Source: an uncultured Thermoplasmata archaeon (GTDB lineage: Archaea; Thermoplasmatota; Thermoplasmata; Lutacidiplasmatales; UBA184). Taken from it: a DNA stretch of 64,000 nucleotides. The stretch lies in the NCBI GenBank assembly GCA_963842165.1, contig CAWJFK010000029.1:94308-158307 (forward strand), written 5' to 3'. The notes below the pieces were generated by a model, which saw nothing but the letters and a program-made list of their open reading frames with translations, did not search any database and was not told the origin of the DNA. The stretch's first letter is position 1, and each line of letters begins with the position of its first letter. The position numbers were made by a program, and so were the translations under genes. Positions 1-9,061 of the stretch are shown here, one piece after another.

Positions 1-148
1 GAAGGACCGACCCGGCGTACTCGGTCTGCTCGTCGGCGGAGAGGGACTGGACCCAGTCGACGTTCGAGGGCAGAGGGCCCCCGGGGCCCTCCCGGGGCCC
101 GGGCGAGCTTGACGCGGTGGATCTCTTCGGGCGAGGGCGGCCGCGAGT

Positions 149-1294
149 TTACCGAGCGAGCCACTGGCGACTCTCCCCGGTGATGACGTACGGCGCGTGC
201 TGGAGCTCGGTGACGGTCCGCGAGCCGGTGAGGAACATCGCGACCTTGAGCTCGTGGACGAGGTGGTCGAGCTCCCGACGAGTTTCGGCGTAGCCCGTCG
301 CGGCTGCCCGGAGGACGCCCCCCGCAGTGCCGGCGGCCGTCGCGCCGAGTGCCAGCGCCCGCGCGACGTCGAGGCCGGACCGGATGCCGCCACTCGCGAC
401 CACGGGGAGTCCCAGAGGGACCAGCTCGAGAAGAGAGACCGGCGAGGGGATTCCCCAGTCCCAGAACGTCTTCCCGACCCGGGCCTCCCGCTCTGCTCCC
501 TGCTCGACGGCACGATAGTGCTCGACCGCCGCGAACGAGGTTCCTCCCGTCCCGCTGACGTCGAAGGCGCGAACCTTCCGGTCTCGCAGCTGCTCGGCGA
601 CGTGGCGCGAGATCCCGGCCCCCGTCTCCTTGACCAGCACCGGGAACTCGGCGGCCAAGGCTCCGATCCGGTCGAGGACTCCGCGCGCCTTGCGGTCCCC
701 GCCGGGTTGGACCATCTCCTGGAGGAAGTTGAGGTGGATCGCGAGGACGTCCGCGTGGATGAGCTCCATCGCGGCCCGGACCTCGGCCGCTCCGACGACG
801 GGCTCGCCCGGGTGCTGAGGGATGACCTGGGGAGCACCGATGTTGGCGAACCGAAGCGGCACCGGATACCGGGCCACGCAGGAATAGCTCTCGGGGTACT
901 GGCCCTTCAGGATCGCCGCGCGTTCGCTGCCGACTCCCATCGCGATCCCGACCTCGGACGCCGCGCGCGCGAGGTTCTCGTTGATCTTCGCCGCATCCGG
1001 GAAACCCCCCGTCATGCCGGTGATCACGATCGGGGCCGCGAGGGCGTGCCCGAGCAGCGTGGTCGAGGGGTCGACCTCGTCGAAATCAATGTCCGGGAGC
1101 GCCCGATGGACCAACTGAATGTCGTCCCAGTACCGGTACCGGCCATCGACCTTCTGGCCGAGGACGACCTTGACGTGCTCCGCCTTGCGGTGGCTGAGGT
1201 CAATCCCCGTCGCGTCCGGCGGCCCCGCGGGGTCGCGCGTGGGCCCAGCTCCCGTAGACGAATTCCCCCCGCACGGCGCGCGAGAGCTCTCCAT
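149..1294 (-). CDS. fni: Type 2 (FMN-dependent) isopentenyl-diphosphate delta-isomerase
   Basis: Intact 381-aa ORF with IDI-2 style motifs (ITGMTGG, VKETGAGIS, ASGGIRSG). Lies directly downstream of ipk. Its first 95 nt overlap the ipk 3' end. Confidence 0.9.
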   Translation of the reverse strand: MESSRAPCGGNSSTGAGPTRDPAGPPDATGIDLSHRKAEHVKVVLGQKVDGRYRYWDDIQLVHRALPDIDFDEVDPSTTLLGHALAAPIVITGMTGGFPDAAKINENLARAASEVGIAMGVGSERAAILKGQYPESYSCVARYPVPLRFANIGAPQVIPQHPGEPVVGAAEVRAAMELIHADVLAIHLNFLQEMVQPGGDRKARGVLDRIGALAAEFPVLVKETGAGISRHVAEQLRDRKVRAFDVSGTGGTSFAAVEHYRAVEQGAEREARVGKTFWDWGIPSPVSLLELVPLGLPVVASGGIRSGLDVARALALGATAAGTAGGVLRAAATGYAETRRELDHLVHELKVAMFLTGSRTVTELQHAPYVITGESRQWLAR

Positions 1295-2047
1295 CCTTGA
1301 GTCCGCTAATAAGACCTGCGTCCACGCCGGCCTCGGCGATGGCCCGCATCGCCTCCGCCTTGCCGCGGATTCCCCCGGTCACGTCCGGTCCGCGACCGAC
1401 GCCGCGGAGTCCCTCGACCACCGCGTCCGTTACGTCGGGAATCACGGTGGGCCGCCGTCCGGTCGACAGCGCCAGGATGCCGGGGACGTCGCTGACGAAC
1501 AGGACCCGACGCGCCGCGAGCTCCTTTGCGAGCACGACCGCGATCGTGTCCGCGCTCAAGATCGACCACCCCCACGACTCGTCGGGCACTACGTCACCGA
1601 ACGAGACCGGCAGGAGTCCGCGACCGAGCGCCTCCCGGAACGGCGCGGCGTCGAGCGTCACGAGACGCCCCTCCCGGTTCATGGCGTGGTTGGCGACGGG
1701 GATGGACCACGGCGAGGTTCCCGCCCGGATCAGCTCGCGGACGACCGCGAGGTGGAGACGACGCACCTCGCCCGACACGATCGCCGCGCCCCGGCCGCGC
1801 CGGGACGACGACGCCCCGGGTTCGGGGGCCTTCGCCAACCCGAACTGGCGGGCCCCCGGATGTCCAAACGAACCTGCCCCGTGGAGGAGGACCATCGGGA
1901 TGGTCGCGACCGCGCCCACTTCCTCCGCGAGCCGACGTAGGATCTTCGGGCGAACGCGTTCGGCTTCCCGTTTCCGCGTGATGACGCTGCCACCCAGCTT
2001 GACGACGACCGGTCCGGCCGGTCCGGCGCCGAAGCCATCGGACGCAC
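1200..2047 (-). CDS. ipk: Isopentenyl phosphate kinase (N-terminus frame-disrupted)
   Basis: ORF 1200..1919 continues in frame upstream as ..PVVVKLGGSVITRKREAE.. (amino-acid-kinase/IPK N-terminal motif) up to the stop at 2055-2057. That frame has no ATG/GTG/TTG upstream of 2009. ATGs at 2047 and 2038 lie in the adjacent frame, so I infer a 1-nt indel near 2010-2025. Confidence 0.85.
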
Positions 2048-2054
2048 CGCCAGA

Positions 2055-2279
2055 TTACGCCCGGTCCAGCCCGGCCCGTGGGCTGAACAGCATCAGCCCG
2101 CCGATGACGCAGGGCACGATCCCGAGGAAGAGCAGGAGGTTGAACGTCAAGAGGAAGTACGCCAACATGAAGATCCCCACCCCCATCAGGACCGCGGAGA
2201 CGACGACCCAGCCGACGGAGATCGGGCTCCGGGCGTGACCGTGCGGGGTCGCGGGGTGGGCTTCGCCGTAACCGGACAT
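2055..2279 (-). CDS. Small two-TM membrane protein, hypothetical (74 aa)
   Basis: Internal ATG of ORF 2055..2411. Sequence MSGYGEAH..SVGWVVVSAVLMGVGIFMLAYFLL..LLLFLGIVPCVIGGLMLF shows two clear hydrophobic helices. The part of the ORF upstream of this ATG is Arg-rich noise. Confidence 0.45.
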   Translation of the reverse strand: MSGYGEAHPATPHGHARSPISVGWVVVSAVLMGVGIFMLAYFLLTFNLLLFLGIVPCVIGGLMLFSPRAGLDRA

Positions 2280-2431
2280 CGAGGGGGAAGGAAACCCTCC
2301 CCCTTCAAATCGGTTGGGTCGGAGCCGGCGTCGGGCGAATCCATGGACGCGCAACGGAATCGCATCGCTCCGGAGGTTTTCGACAGAAAACGTCGCGTCG
2401 AGCCAAAGCACCGGGAAAAGGTAGATATGTC

Positions 2432-3910
2432 ATGCAGGACTGCAACTGCCGCCCGAGGCCCGGGCAGGCTTCGACGGTGACACCTGTTCCGGAAGACCGA
2501 CCCACGGAAGGCGCGGATCGGCTAACAACCGCCGCCCCCTCTCTTTCTGCGGCCGTCCCCGTCAGCGACCGCACGACGGGCGGAGGTCCGGCCGTGGCGC
2601 CCCCTCTGGGGAGCCCGACCCCTCCGCCCGTCCCCCCGACCTCGGCGGGCGGGTTCCTCGACGCGATCCTCGAGACCAAGAGCGAGCTCTTCCGAGGGAG
2701 CCGCGAGATCCTGCGCGACTCCTACATCCCGAGCCGGTCTGCCCCACCGGGAACAGCAGATCCGCGCCGTCGCCGAGGTCCTCGCCCCGGCCCTCCGCGG
2801 CGATGTGCCCTCGAACCTGCTCCTCTACGGAAAGATCGGGACCGGGAAGACCGCCGTGGTCTCCCAGGTCGTCCAAGACATTCAGCGACGCGCCGAGCTC
2901 GCGAGCCACATCGCGTTCGTCTACGTGAACTGCGGCAACATCGACACGCCCTACAGCCTCCTGCAGAACATCGCCAACACCTTCGCGAAGACGGAGACCG
3001 ACCGCATCCCCACCGGCTGGTCGCTCGACCGGGTCCAAGTGGCGATGCGTCGGCTGATCGACGCGAACGGGGGCACCGTCATCCTCGTCCTCGACGAGAT
3101 CGACCGACTGGTCGCCCGGAGCGGTGACGGGGTACTGTACACGCTGAGCCAGATCAACACCGAGCTCGAGCTCGCCCGCCTGGTCCTCCTCGGGATCTCG
3201 AACGACCTCAAGTTCACGAACCACCTCGACGCCCGGGTCCGCAGTCGTCTCAACGAGGAGAAGATCCTCTTCCCGCCCTACGACGCCCTCCAACTCCAGG
3301 ACATCCTGCGCGACCGCGCGAAGGAGGCGTTCCGCGACGGGGTCGTCGACCCGGCGTCGTCGAGCGGTGCGCAGCCTACGCGGCGCTCGAGAACGGCGAC
3401 GCGCGACGCGCCCTCGCTCTCCTCCGGCTCTCGGCCGAGATGGCCGAACGGGACCGGGCGAAGCGGATCACCCCCGACCACGTCGTCAAGGCGAAGAACC
3501 GCCTCGAGCAGGACATCATCCTCGACTGCTGCCGCACGTTGCCGCCGCACTGCAAGGTGCTGCTCTATGCGATCCTGCAGGCGTGCGAGCGCCGACGGAA
3601 CGGCGTGCTCACGGGCGAGGTCTACGACGCGTACCGCCGGCTCGCGGAGCGCCTCGGCTTGCAGCCGCTCCACGCGCGCTCCATCTCGAACTACGTGAGC
3701 GAGCTCGAGTCGCTCGGGCTCATCCGCGCCACGATCGTCTCCCGCGGGCGGGGCGGCCGGACGCGGGAGATCCTCGTGGACGTTCCGATCTCCGATACCA
3801 TGCCGGCCCTCGAGGAAGACCCGCTCATCGCGCCCGTTGGCCGCCCGCACTCGCGGGGCCAGCTCTTGCTCACCAACTTCGACAACCCGGGACGCACCGG
3901 TCCGTTCTAG
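2432..3910 (+). CDS. orc1: Orc1/Cdc6 replication initiator (two frame disruptions)
   Basis: Three pieces join into one protein: ..SELFRGSREILRDSYIP (frame of 2432), then LPHREQQIRAVAEVLAPALRGDVPSNLLLYGKIGTGKT..DEID.. (frame of 2805, Walker A/B), then ..GVVERCAAYAALENGDARRALALLRLSAEMAERD..winged-helix C-terminus (frame of 3440). Shifts lie at about 2737 and about 3353. True start is uncertain; ATG 2432 would add a Pro-rich extension of about 70 aa. Confidence 0.9.
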
Positions 3911-3930
3911 GACGACCCCGGAGGGACAGG

Positions 3931-4138
3931 TCAAGGCGTCTCAGGGACGGACGCCTCGCTCGAGAGGTGCTCCGCGACCAGGCCGCGGCGGCGGGCGCGC
4001 TCGCGCTTCAACTCGCGGAGGTCCCGGTCGAGGTCATTGAGCTCGGAGGCGACCCGACGGACCCGGTACCCGGGCCATCCGTTCGATGGCCTCGATCTCG
4101 CGGTCGAGGCTTTCGTCCGACCCCCGGAACCCGGTCAT
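3931..4138 (-). CDS. Small coiled-coil protein, hypothetical (frame-disrupted)
   Basis: The ATG lies 6 nt after the ALDH stop. MTGFRGSDESLDREIEAIERMA.. continues in another frame as ..YRVRRVASELNDLDRDLRELKRERARRRGLVAEHL... The 208-nt length is consistent with one extra base near the CCCGGG at about 4065. Confidence 0.3.
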
Positions 4139-4143
4139 CTCGG

Positions 4144-5631
4144 CTACTCGGTATCGATCTGGGCCTTTTGGAGCTTTGCCGAGAAGTCGACGAAGACCGA
4201 CTTCACCTCGGTGAACTCCTCGATCGCTGCCGTGCCGGCCTCCCGGCCGCCGTTGCCCGTGTTCTTGACCCCGCCGAACGGAAGGTGGACCTCGGCGCCA
4301 ATGGTCGGGGCGTTGATGTACGTGATCCCCGCCTCGAGGTCCTCGATCGCCCGGAACGCCCGATTGACGTCGCGCGTGTAGATCGCCGACGAGAGCCCGT
4401 ACGCGACGTCGTTCGCGACCCCGACCGCCTCGTCGTAGCTGCCGACCCGCAGGACGGAGAGGACGGGCCCGAAGATCTCCTCCTTCGAGATCCGCGTCCC
4501 GTGGCGGGTCTCGAAGATCGCGGGGGCCAGGAAGTAGCCGCGGTCGTAGATCCCGCCGGTGAGCTTGGACCCGCCGCAGCGGAGGGTGGCCTCCTTCTTC
4601 CCAATCTCGATGTACTCGAGGATCTTCTTCTCCTGGTCGGCGGAGGCGACGGGCCCCATCCCGGTCTTCGGGTCGAGCGGGTCGCCGACCGTGAAGTGCG
4701 CGAGGCGGTCCGTGAGCATCCCGAGGAACTCGTCGTAGACCTTCTCGTGGAGGATGAGGCGGCTGGTCGCCGTGCACCGTTGCCCGGAAGTGCCGAACGC
4801 CCCGAACAACACGCCGTCGAGCGCGAGCGGGAGGTCGGCGTCCTCCATCAGGATCACCGGGTTCTTTCCGCCCAGTTCGAGATGGACCATCTTGAGGCCC
4901 CGGGCGCCCCGTACGTAGACATCCCGACCCGCGTCGACCCCGCCCGTGAACGAGACGGCCCGAACGCGAGGGTCCTCGACCAGTGCCGTCCCGACCACGG
5001 TGCCGCTGCCGGTGACGAGGTTCAAGACGCCCGGCGGTACGCCCGCGGCCTCGTAGACCTTGACGACCTCGGTCGCGCAGAGCGCGGTGTTCGACGCCGG
5101 CTTGAGCACGACGGTGTTGCCCGAGATTAGGGCCGCTGCGACCTTCCAGTTCGGGATCGCGGTCGGGAAGTTCCAGGGCGTGATGCACGCGACGACCCCC
5201 TTCGGCTGGCGGACGGTCAGGCAGAACTTCCGGCGCAGCTCCGACGGGACGGTCTCCCCAAAGAGACGGCGACCCTCCCCGGCCATGTACTCGATGAAAT
5301 CGATCGACTCCTGGACGTCCCCGAGGCCCTCGCCGATGACCTTGCCCATCTCCTGGGTCACGATCCGGCCGACCGCGCTCTTCCGTTCGGTGAGCGTCCG
5401 GGCCGCCGCCAGGAGGATCGCCCCGCGCTTCGGCGGGGGCGTGGCCTTCCACGCGGGGAAAGCCGCCGCGGCCGCGCCAATGGCACGGTCGACGTCCGCG
5501 GCCGTGGCGGACACGAACGAGCCGAGCGGTTGCTTCGTGGACGGGTTGATGGTCTCGAACCGCTTCGCGCCCGAAGGGCTCTCCCACGTTCCTCCGATGA
5601 ACAGACCGAACTCCTCCACGTGCGACGACAT
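4144..5631 (-). CDS. NAD(P)-dependent aldehyde dehydrogenase
   Basis: C-terminal 495 aa of ORF 4144..6945, starting at MSSHVEEFGLFIGGTW. ALDH motifs are present: ITPWNFP, ELGGKNP, GQRCTATSR (catalytic Cys), EEIFGPV. The upstream part of the long ORF is antisense to serS. Confidence 0.9.
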   Translation of the reverse strand: MSSHVEEFGLFIGGTWESPSGAKRFETINPSTKQPLGSFVSATAADVDRAIGAAAAAFPAWKATPPPKRGAILLAAARTLTERKSAVGRIVTQEMGKVIGEGLGDVQESIDFIEYMAGEGRRLFGETVPSELRRKFCLTVRQPKGVVACITPWNFPTAIPNWKVAAALISGNTVVLKPASNTALCATEVVKVYEAAGVPPGVLNLVTGSGTVVGTALVEDPRVRAVSFTGGVDAGRDVYVRGARGLKMVHLELGGKNPVILMEDADLPLALDGVLFGAFGTSGQRCTATSRLILHEKVYDEFLGMLTDRLAHFTVGDPLDPKTGMGPVASADQEKKILEYIEIGKKEATLRCGGSKLTGGIYDRGYFLAPAIFETRHGTRISKEEIFGPVLSVLRVGSYDEAVGVANDVAYGLSSAIYTRDVNRAFRAIEDLEAGITYINAPTIGAEVHLPFGGVKNTGNGGREAGTAAIEEFTEVKSVFVDFSAKLQKAQIDTE

Positions 5632-5736
5632 GACCCGCCTCCGTCCTGCTCGCCCACCGCCTCCAAGGCTACATAGGGCCTTTGCCGGCCGGGGGCGAGG
5701 GCAAAGACTTTTGGACCGACGGCCTCCGGTTTCCGT

Positions 5737-7032
5737 ATGATCGACCTCGACCTCATCCGCAAAGAACCCGGAAAGGTCGAGGAGAACCTCGCGCGACGGA
5801 AGAATCCGTTCTATCTCGGCCTGCTCGCGGAAGTTCGGCAGAAGGACGAGGAGTGGCGGGCGAGCCTGCACCTGTCCGACGGACTGCGCCGCCGTCGGAA
5901 CGAGCTCAGCCGCCAGATCGCCGAGGCCCGCGCCCAGGGCGCGCAGGCCGTGGAGGTCGAGGCGGAGGCAAAGAAGCTGCCCGACGCGCTCCGGGAGGCC
6001 GAGACCCGGGAGGCCGAGCTCCTCCGGGCCCGGGACGGGGTGCTCCGACGGATCCCGAACCTCATGGACTCCTCGGTCCCGTACGGGGCGGGCGACGCGG
6101 AGAACGTCGTCGTCGCCACGTGGGGGGAGCCGCTGGAGGACGGGGCGTCGCTGAAGTCCCACGGGGAGGTCCTCGAGGCGCTCGGGATGGCCGAGTTCGA
6201 GCGCGCGCGTCGGGTGAGCGGCGCCGGATTCTACTACCTGCGCGGCCCGGTCGTCCTCCTCGACCTCGCGCTGCAGCGGTTCGCGCTCGACCTGCTCGCG
6301 CAACGGGGCTTCACGCCGGTCGCTCCGCCGTACATGCTGCGGCGCGCCCCGTACGAGGGGGTGACCGACCTCGCCGATTTCGAGAACGTGATGTACAAGC
6401 TGGACGGCGAGGACCTCTACCTCATCGCGACGAGCGAGCACCCGCTCGCCGCCCTCTACCAAGGGGAGATCCTCGACGAGGACGACCTTCCGATCCGTCT
6501 CGCCGGGGTCAGCCCGTGCTTCCGCAAGGAGATCGGAGGCCACGGAGTCGACCAGAAGGGGATCTTTCGCGTCCACCAGTTCCAGAAGGTGGAGCAGTTC
6601 GTCTTCTGTCGTCCGGAGGAGTCCCCCGCGATCCTGGAGGAGCTCCGCGCGAACGCGGAGGAAGTGTTCCGCCAGCTCCGGGTTCCCTACCGAGTCGTAA
6701 ACGTCTGCACCGGAGACCTCGGCACCGTGGCGGCGAAGAAGTACGACATCGAGGCGTGGTTCCCCCGCCAGCAGGCGTTCCGCGAGGTCGTGAGCTGCTC
6801 CAACTGCACCGACTACCAGGCCCGTCGGCTCGGGATCCGCCTCGGCAAGGCGGGACGGCCGGGCAAGCGAGTCCCCCACACGCTCAACTCGACGGCCGTC
6901 GCGACCTCTCGCGGGCTCGCGGTGATCCTCGAGCAGTTCCAGCAACCGGACGGCTCGGTGACCATCCCTGAGGTCCTCCGTCCGTACCTGGGCGGCCTCT
7001 CGTCACTCTCCCGCGACCTACCGAAGGCCTAA
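5737..7032 (+). CDS. serS: Seryl-tRNA synthetase
   Basis: Intact 431-aa ORF. N-terminal coiled-coil arm plus class II core (..FRKEIGGHG.., ..TLNSTAVATSR..). Confidence 0.95.
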   Translation: MIDLDLIRKEPGKVEENLARRKNPFYLGLLAEVRQKDEEWRASLHLSDGLRRRRNELSRQIAEARAQGAQAVEVEAEAKKLPDALREAETREAELLRARDGVLRRIPNLMDSSVPYGAGDAENVVVATWGEPLEDGASLKSHGEVLEALGMAEFERARRVSGAGFYYLRGPVVLLDLALQRFALDLLAQRGFTPVAPPYMLRRAPYEGVTDLADFENVMYKLDGEDLYLIATSEHPLAALYQGEILDEDDLPIRLAGVSPCFRKEIGGHGVDQKGIFRVHQFQKVEQFVFCRPEESPAILEELRANAEEVFRQLRVPYRVVNVCTGDLGTVAAKKYDIEAWFPRQQAFREVVSCSNCTDYQARRLGIRLGKAGRPGKRVPHTLNSTAVATSRGLAVILEQFQQPDGSVTIPEVLRPYLGGLSSLSRDLPKA

Positions 7033-7044
7033 GCCTCCCTCAAG

Positions 7045-8853
7045 GTGGGGATCGACCACGCCGGTGAGGGAAGCGACTATGCTTCCGGCGCCCTGACCGC
7101 CCGAGGAAGCATGGGCGCGCAGCGTCGCCTGGACGATTTCGCCGCGCCCGGAGAAGCGTCGGCCCCGGTGCCGGAGGTCGCCCCCCGCGCCCGCCCCGAG
7201 TCGTTGCCCGGGGTTTGGAGGGTCAGCGACGGTCTGGTGGAGCACCCGCTCCTCAAGCCCGGAGTGATCCGCGCGCTGCCGTTCCAGATCGATGCGGCGC
7301 GCGCCGGCCTCGAAGAGGACCTCCTCGTGGTCCTTCCGACGGGCCTCGGAAAAACGGTCGTCGCGGCCCTCATCACGGCGGAAGTGCTCCGCCGGCAGCA
7401 GGCGAAGGCGCTCATCCTCGCCCCGACGCGGCCGCTCGTCCAGCAGCACTCGGATTCGTTCCGCAAGTGGCTGGTTCCCCTCCGGACGGCGCGGTTCACG
7501 GGCACGGTGAAACGACCGGTCCGGGAGGGGAGCTGGGCCGACGCGGACATCGTCTTCGCAACGCCCGAGATCGTCCAGAACGACCTGGTCGCCGGTCGCT
7601 ACGACCTCAAGAACGTCGCCCTGGTCGTGTTCGACGAGGCGCACCACGCGGTCGGCAAGTACGTCTACGTGCCCATCGCCGAACGGTACCGCGCGGAGCG
7701 CCCTTCGGGCGGCCACATCCTCGCTCTCACCGCCTCGCCCGGCGGGCGGGACGAGCATATCGAGGAGGTCGTCGCCGCCTTGGGGGTCACTCGGATCGAA
7801 GCGCACAGCCGGGAGGACCCCGGGGTGGCGGAGTACGTTCAGCCGATCGACGTCGACTACGTCTGGGTCGACCTCGCCCCCGTCGCGGAGTCGATCCGGA
7901 CGGACCTCCAGGAGGCGGCCCACGTCACCGGTCGGAAACTCCAAAAAATGGGCTACCTCCGGAAGAAGCCGATCGACTCGATCTCGGTCAAGGACCTGAT
8001 TGCGCTCCGGAGCGAGATCTTCGCCCGTCCGGGGCCGATGGTCCGGAAGTTCGGGCCGCTCTTCCACCAGCTGGTGCTCCTCCACCTCCACCACGCCCAG
8101 GAACGGCTCGAGACCCAGGGGGTCGCGCCGTTCCTCCAGTACCTCGAGCGGGTCGCGGGGAAGGAGAAGCCTTCCCGAGGCGACCTCGCCTTCCTCAAGC
8201 TCCCCGAGGTCGCCGCCGCGCGGACGATCGCCGCGGACTTCCTGCGGAACACGAAAGAGGCCTCGCACCCCAAGTTGGACGCGTTGGTCAACCTGGTCCG
8301 GGAGACGCTCGACGCCGCCCGCGACAAGCCGGTCCGCATCCTCGTCTTCGCCCAGTACCGGGACACGATCCAGTCGATCCAGGACGTCCTGGAGAAGAAC
8401 GGGTGGGCCGTCGCCCGCTTCGTCGGCCAGGCGACCCGCGACAAGGAGGACAAAGGCATGAGCCAGAAGGAGCAGGCCCGGGTTCTCGCCGGGTTCCGGG
8501 CGGGGCAGTTCCCCGTGCTGGTCGCGAGCAGCGTCGCCGAGGAGGGCCTGGACATCCCGGATGTCGACCTCGTCGTCTTCTTCGAATCGGTGCCGAGCGA
8601 GATCCGGGCGATCCAGCGGCGGGGCCGGACCGGACGTAGCTCGGTCGGCCGGGTCACGGTACTCCTGACCCGGGAGACCCGGGACGTTCGGTACCAGGCC
8701 GCCGAAGTGCGGCGGGAGCGGGCGATGCGGCGGATCGTTCGACGCCTCTCCTCCGAGACCCGAGCCCGCCGAGCGGCCGAAATCGACGGGGCCGAGCCGG
8801 CCGGCGAGATCCCTCCCCCGAGGAGACCGCGGGCGAAGAAACCCGGAGTATAA
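7045..8853 (+). CDS. Hef/ERCC4-type superfamily-2 helicase (helicase-only form)
   Basis: Motifs LPTGLGKT, DEAHHAVG, LTASPG, ..QRRGRTGR... The N-terminus resembles Hef (EHPLLKPGVI..FQ). No ERCC4 nuclease or HhH region follows; the protein ends in a basic tail. Start is ambiguous (GTG 7045, ATG 7111 or GTG 7237). Confidence 0.8.
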   Translation: MGIDHAGEGSDYASGALTARGSMGAQRRLDDFAAPGEASAPVPEVAPRARPESLPGVWRVSDGLVEHPLLKPGVIRALPFQIDAARAGLEEDLLVVLPTGLGKTVVAALITAEVLRRQQAKALILAPTRPLVQQHSDSFRKWLVPLRTARFTGTVKRPVREGSWADADIVFATPEIVQNDLVAGRYDLKNVALVVFDEAHHAVGKYVYVPIAERYRAERPSGGHILALTASPGGRDEHIEEVVAALGVTRIEAHSREDPGVAEYVQPIDVDYVWVDLAPVAESIRTDLQEAAHVTGRKLQKMGYLRKKPIDSISVKDLIALRSEIFARPGPMVRKFGPLFHQLVLLHLHHAQERLETQGVAPFLQYLERVAGKEKPSRGDLAFLKLPEVAAARTIAADFLRNTKEASHPKLDALVNLVRETLDAARDKPVRILVFAQYRDTIQSIQDVLEKNGWAVARFVGQATRDKEDKGMSQKEQARVLAGFRAGQFPVLVASSVAEEGLDIPDVDLVVFFESVPSEIRAIQRRGRTGRSSVGRVTVLLTRETRDVRYQAAEVRRERAMRRIVRRLSSETRARRAAEIDGAEPAGEIPPPRRPRAKKPGV

Positions 8854-8897
8854 ACATTCTGAATTGGCATGTTACCATGCGTCTCGGCGAACGCGCC

Positions 8898-8903
8898 TAA
8901 ATA
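8898..8903 (+). promoter_or_regulatory. TATA-like box (TAAATA) upstream of kdpF
   Basis: Sits 32-37 nt upstream of the kdpF ATG, in the only AT-rich patch of this spacer. A second TATAAA lies at 8849-8854 and a GCATGttacCATGC palindrome at 8867-8880. Confidence 0.4.
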
Positions 8904-8934
8904 GTCGGGCCCGGGTCCAACGGCCCAGGTGTCG

Positions 8935-9048
8935 ATGGGAGCCTACGGCTGGCTCGCCCAGAACCTCGGTCTCACCGTGCTGACGGCGGTCTGCCTGGTG
9001 CTGACTTTCTACCTCGTCTACGCGATGATCCACCCCGAAGAGTTCTGA
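8935..9048 (+). CDS. kdpF: KdpF-like 37-aa hydrophobic peptide
   Basis: Absent from the ORF track because it is too short. Translation MGAYGWLAQNLGLTVLTAVCLVLTFYLVYAMIHPEEF is a single TM helix with the YL.YA...PE.F ending typical of KdpF. Located 14 nt upstream of kdpA. Confidence 0.6.
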   Translation: MGAYGWLAQNLGLTVLTAVCLVLTFYLVYAMIHPEEF

Positions 9049-9061
9049 GGGGGCGGACGCC

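Noticed and set aside
1-148. Possible 5' end of a minus-strand gene downstream of idi2 (..PSNVDWVQSLSADEQTEYAGSVL running off the window).
   Set aside because: No start codon in that frame, only about 45 codons visible, and no recognisable motif. I cannot support a call.
2055-2279. The two 74-aa two-TM proteins (2055-2279 and 28156-28380) as members of one family.
   Set aside because: Equal length and topology, but no convincing sequence similarity when compared by eye.
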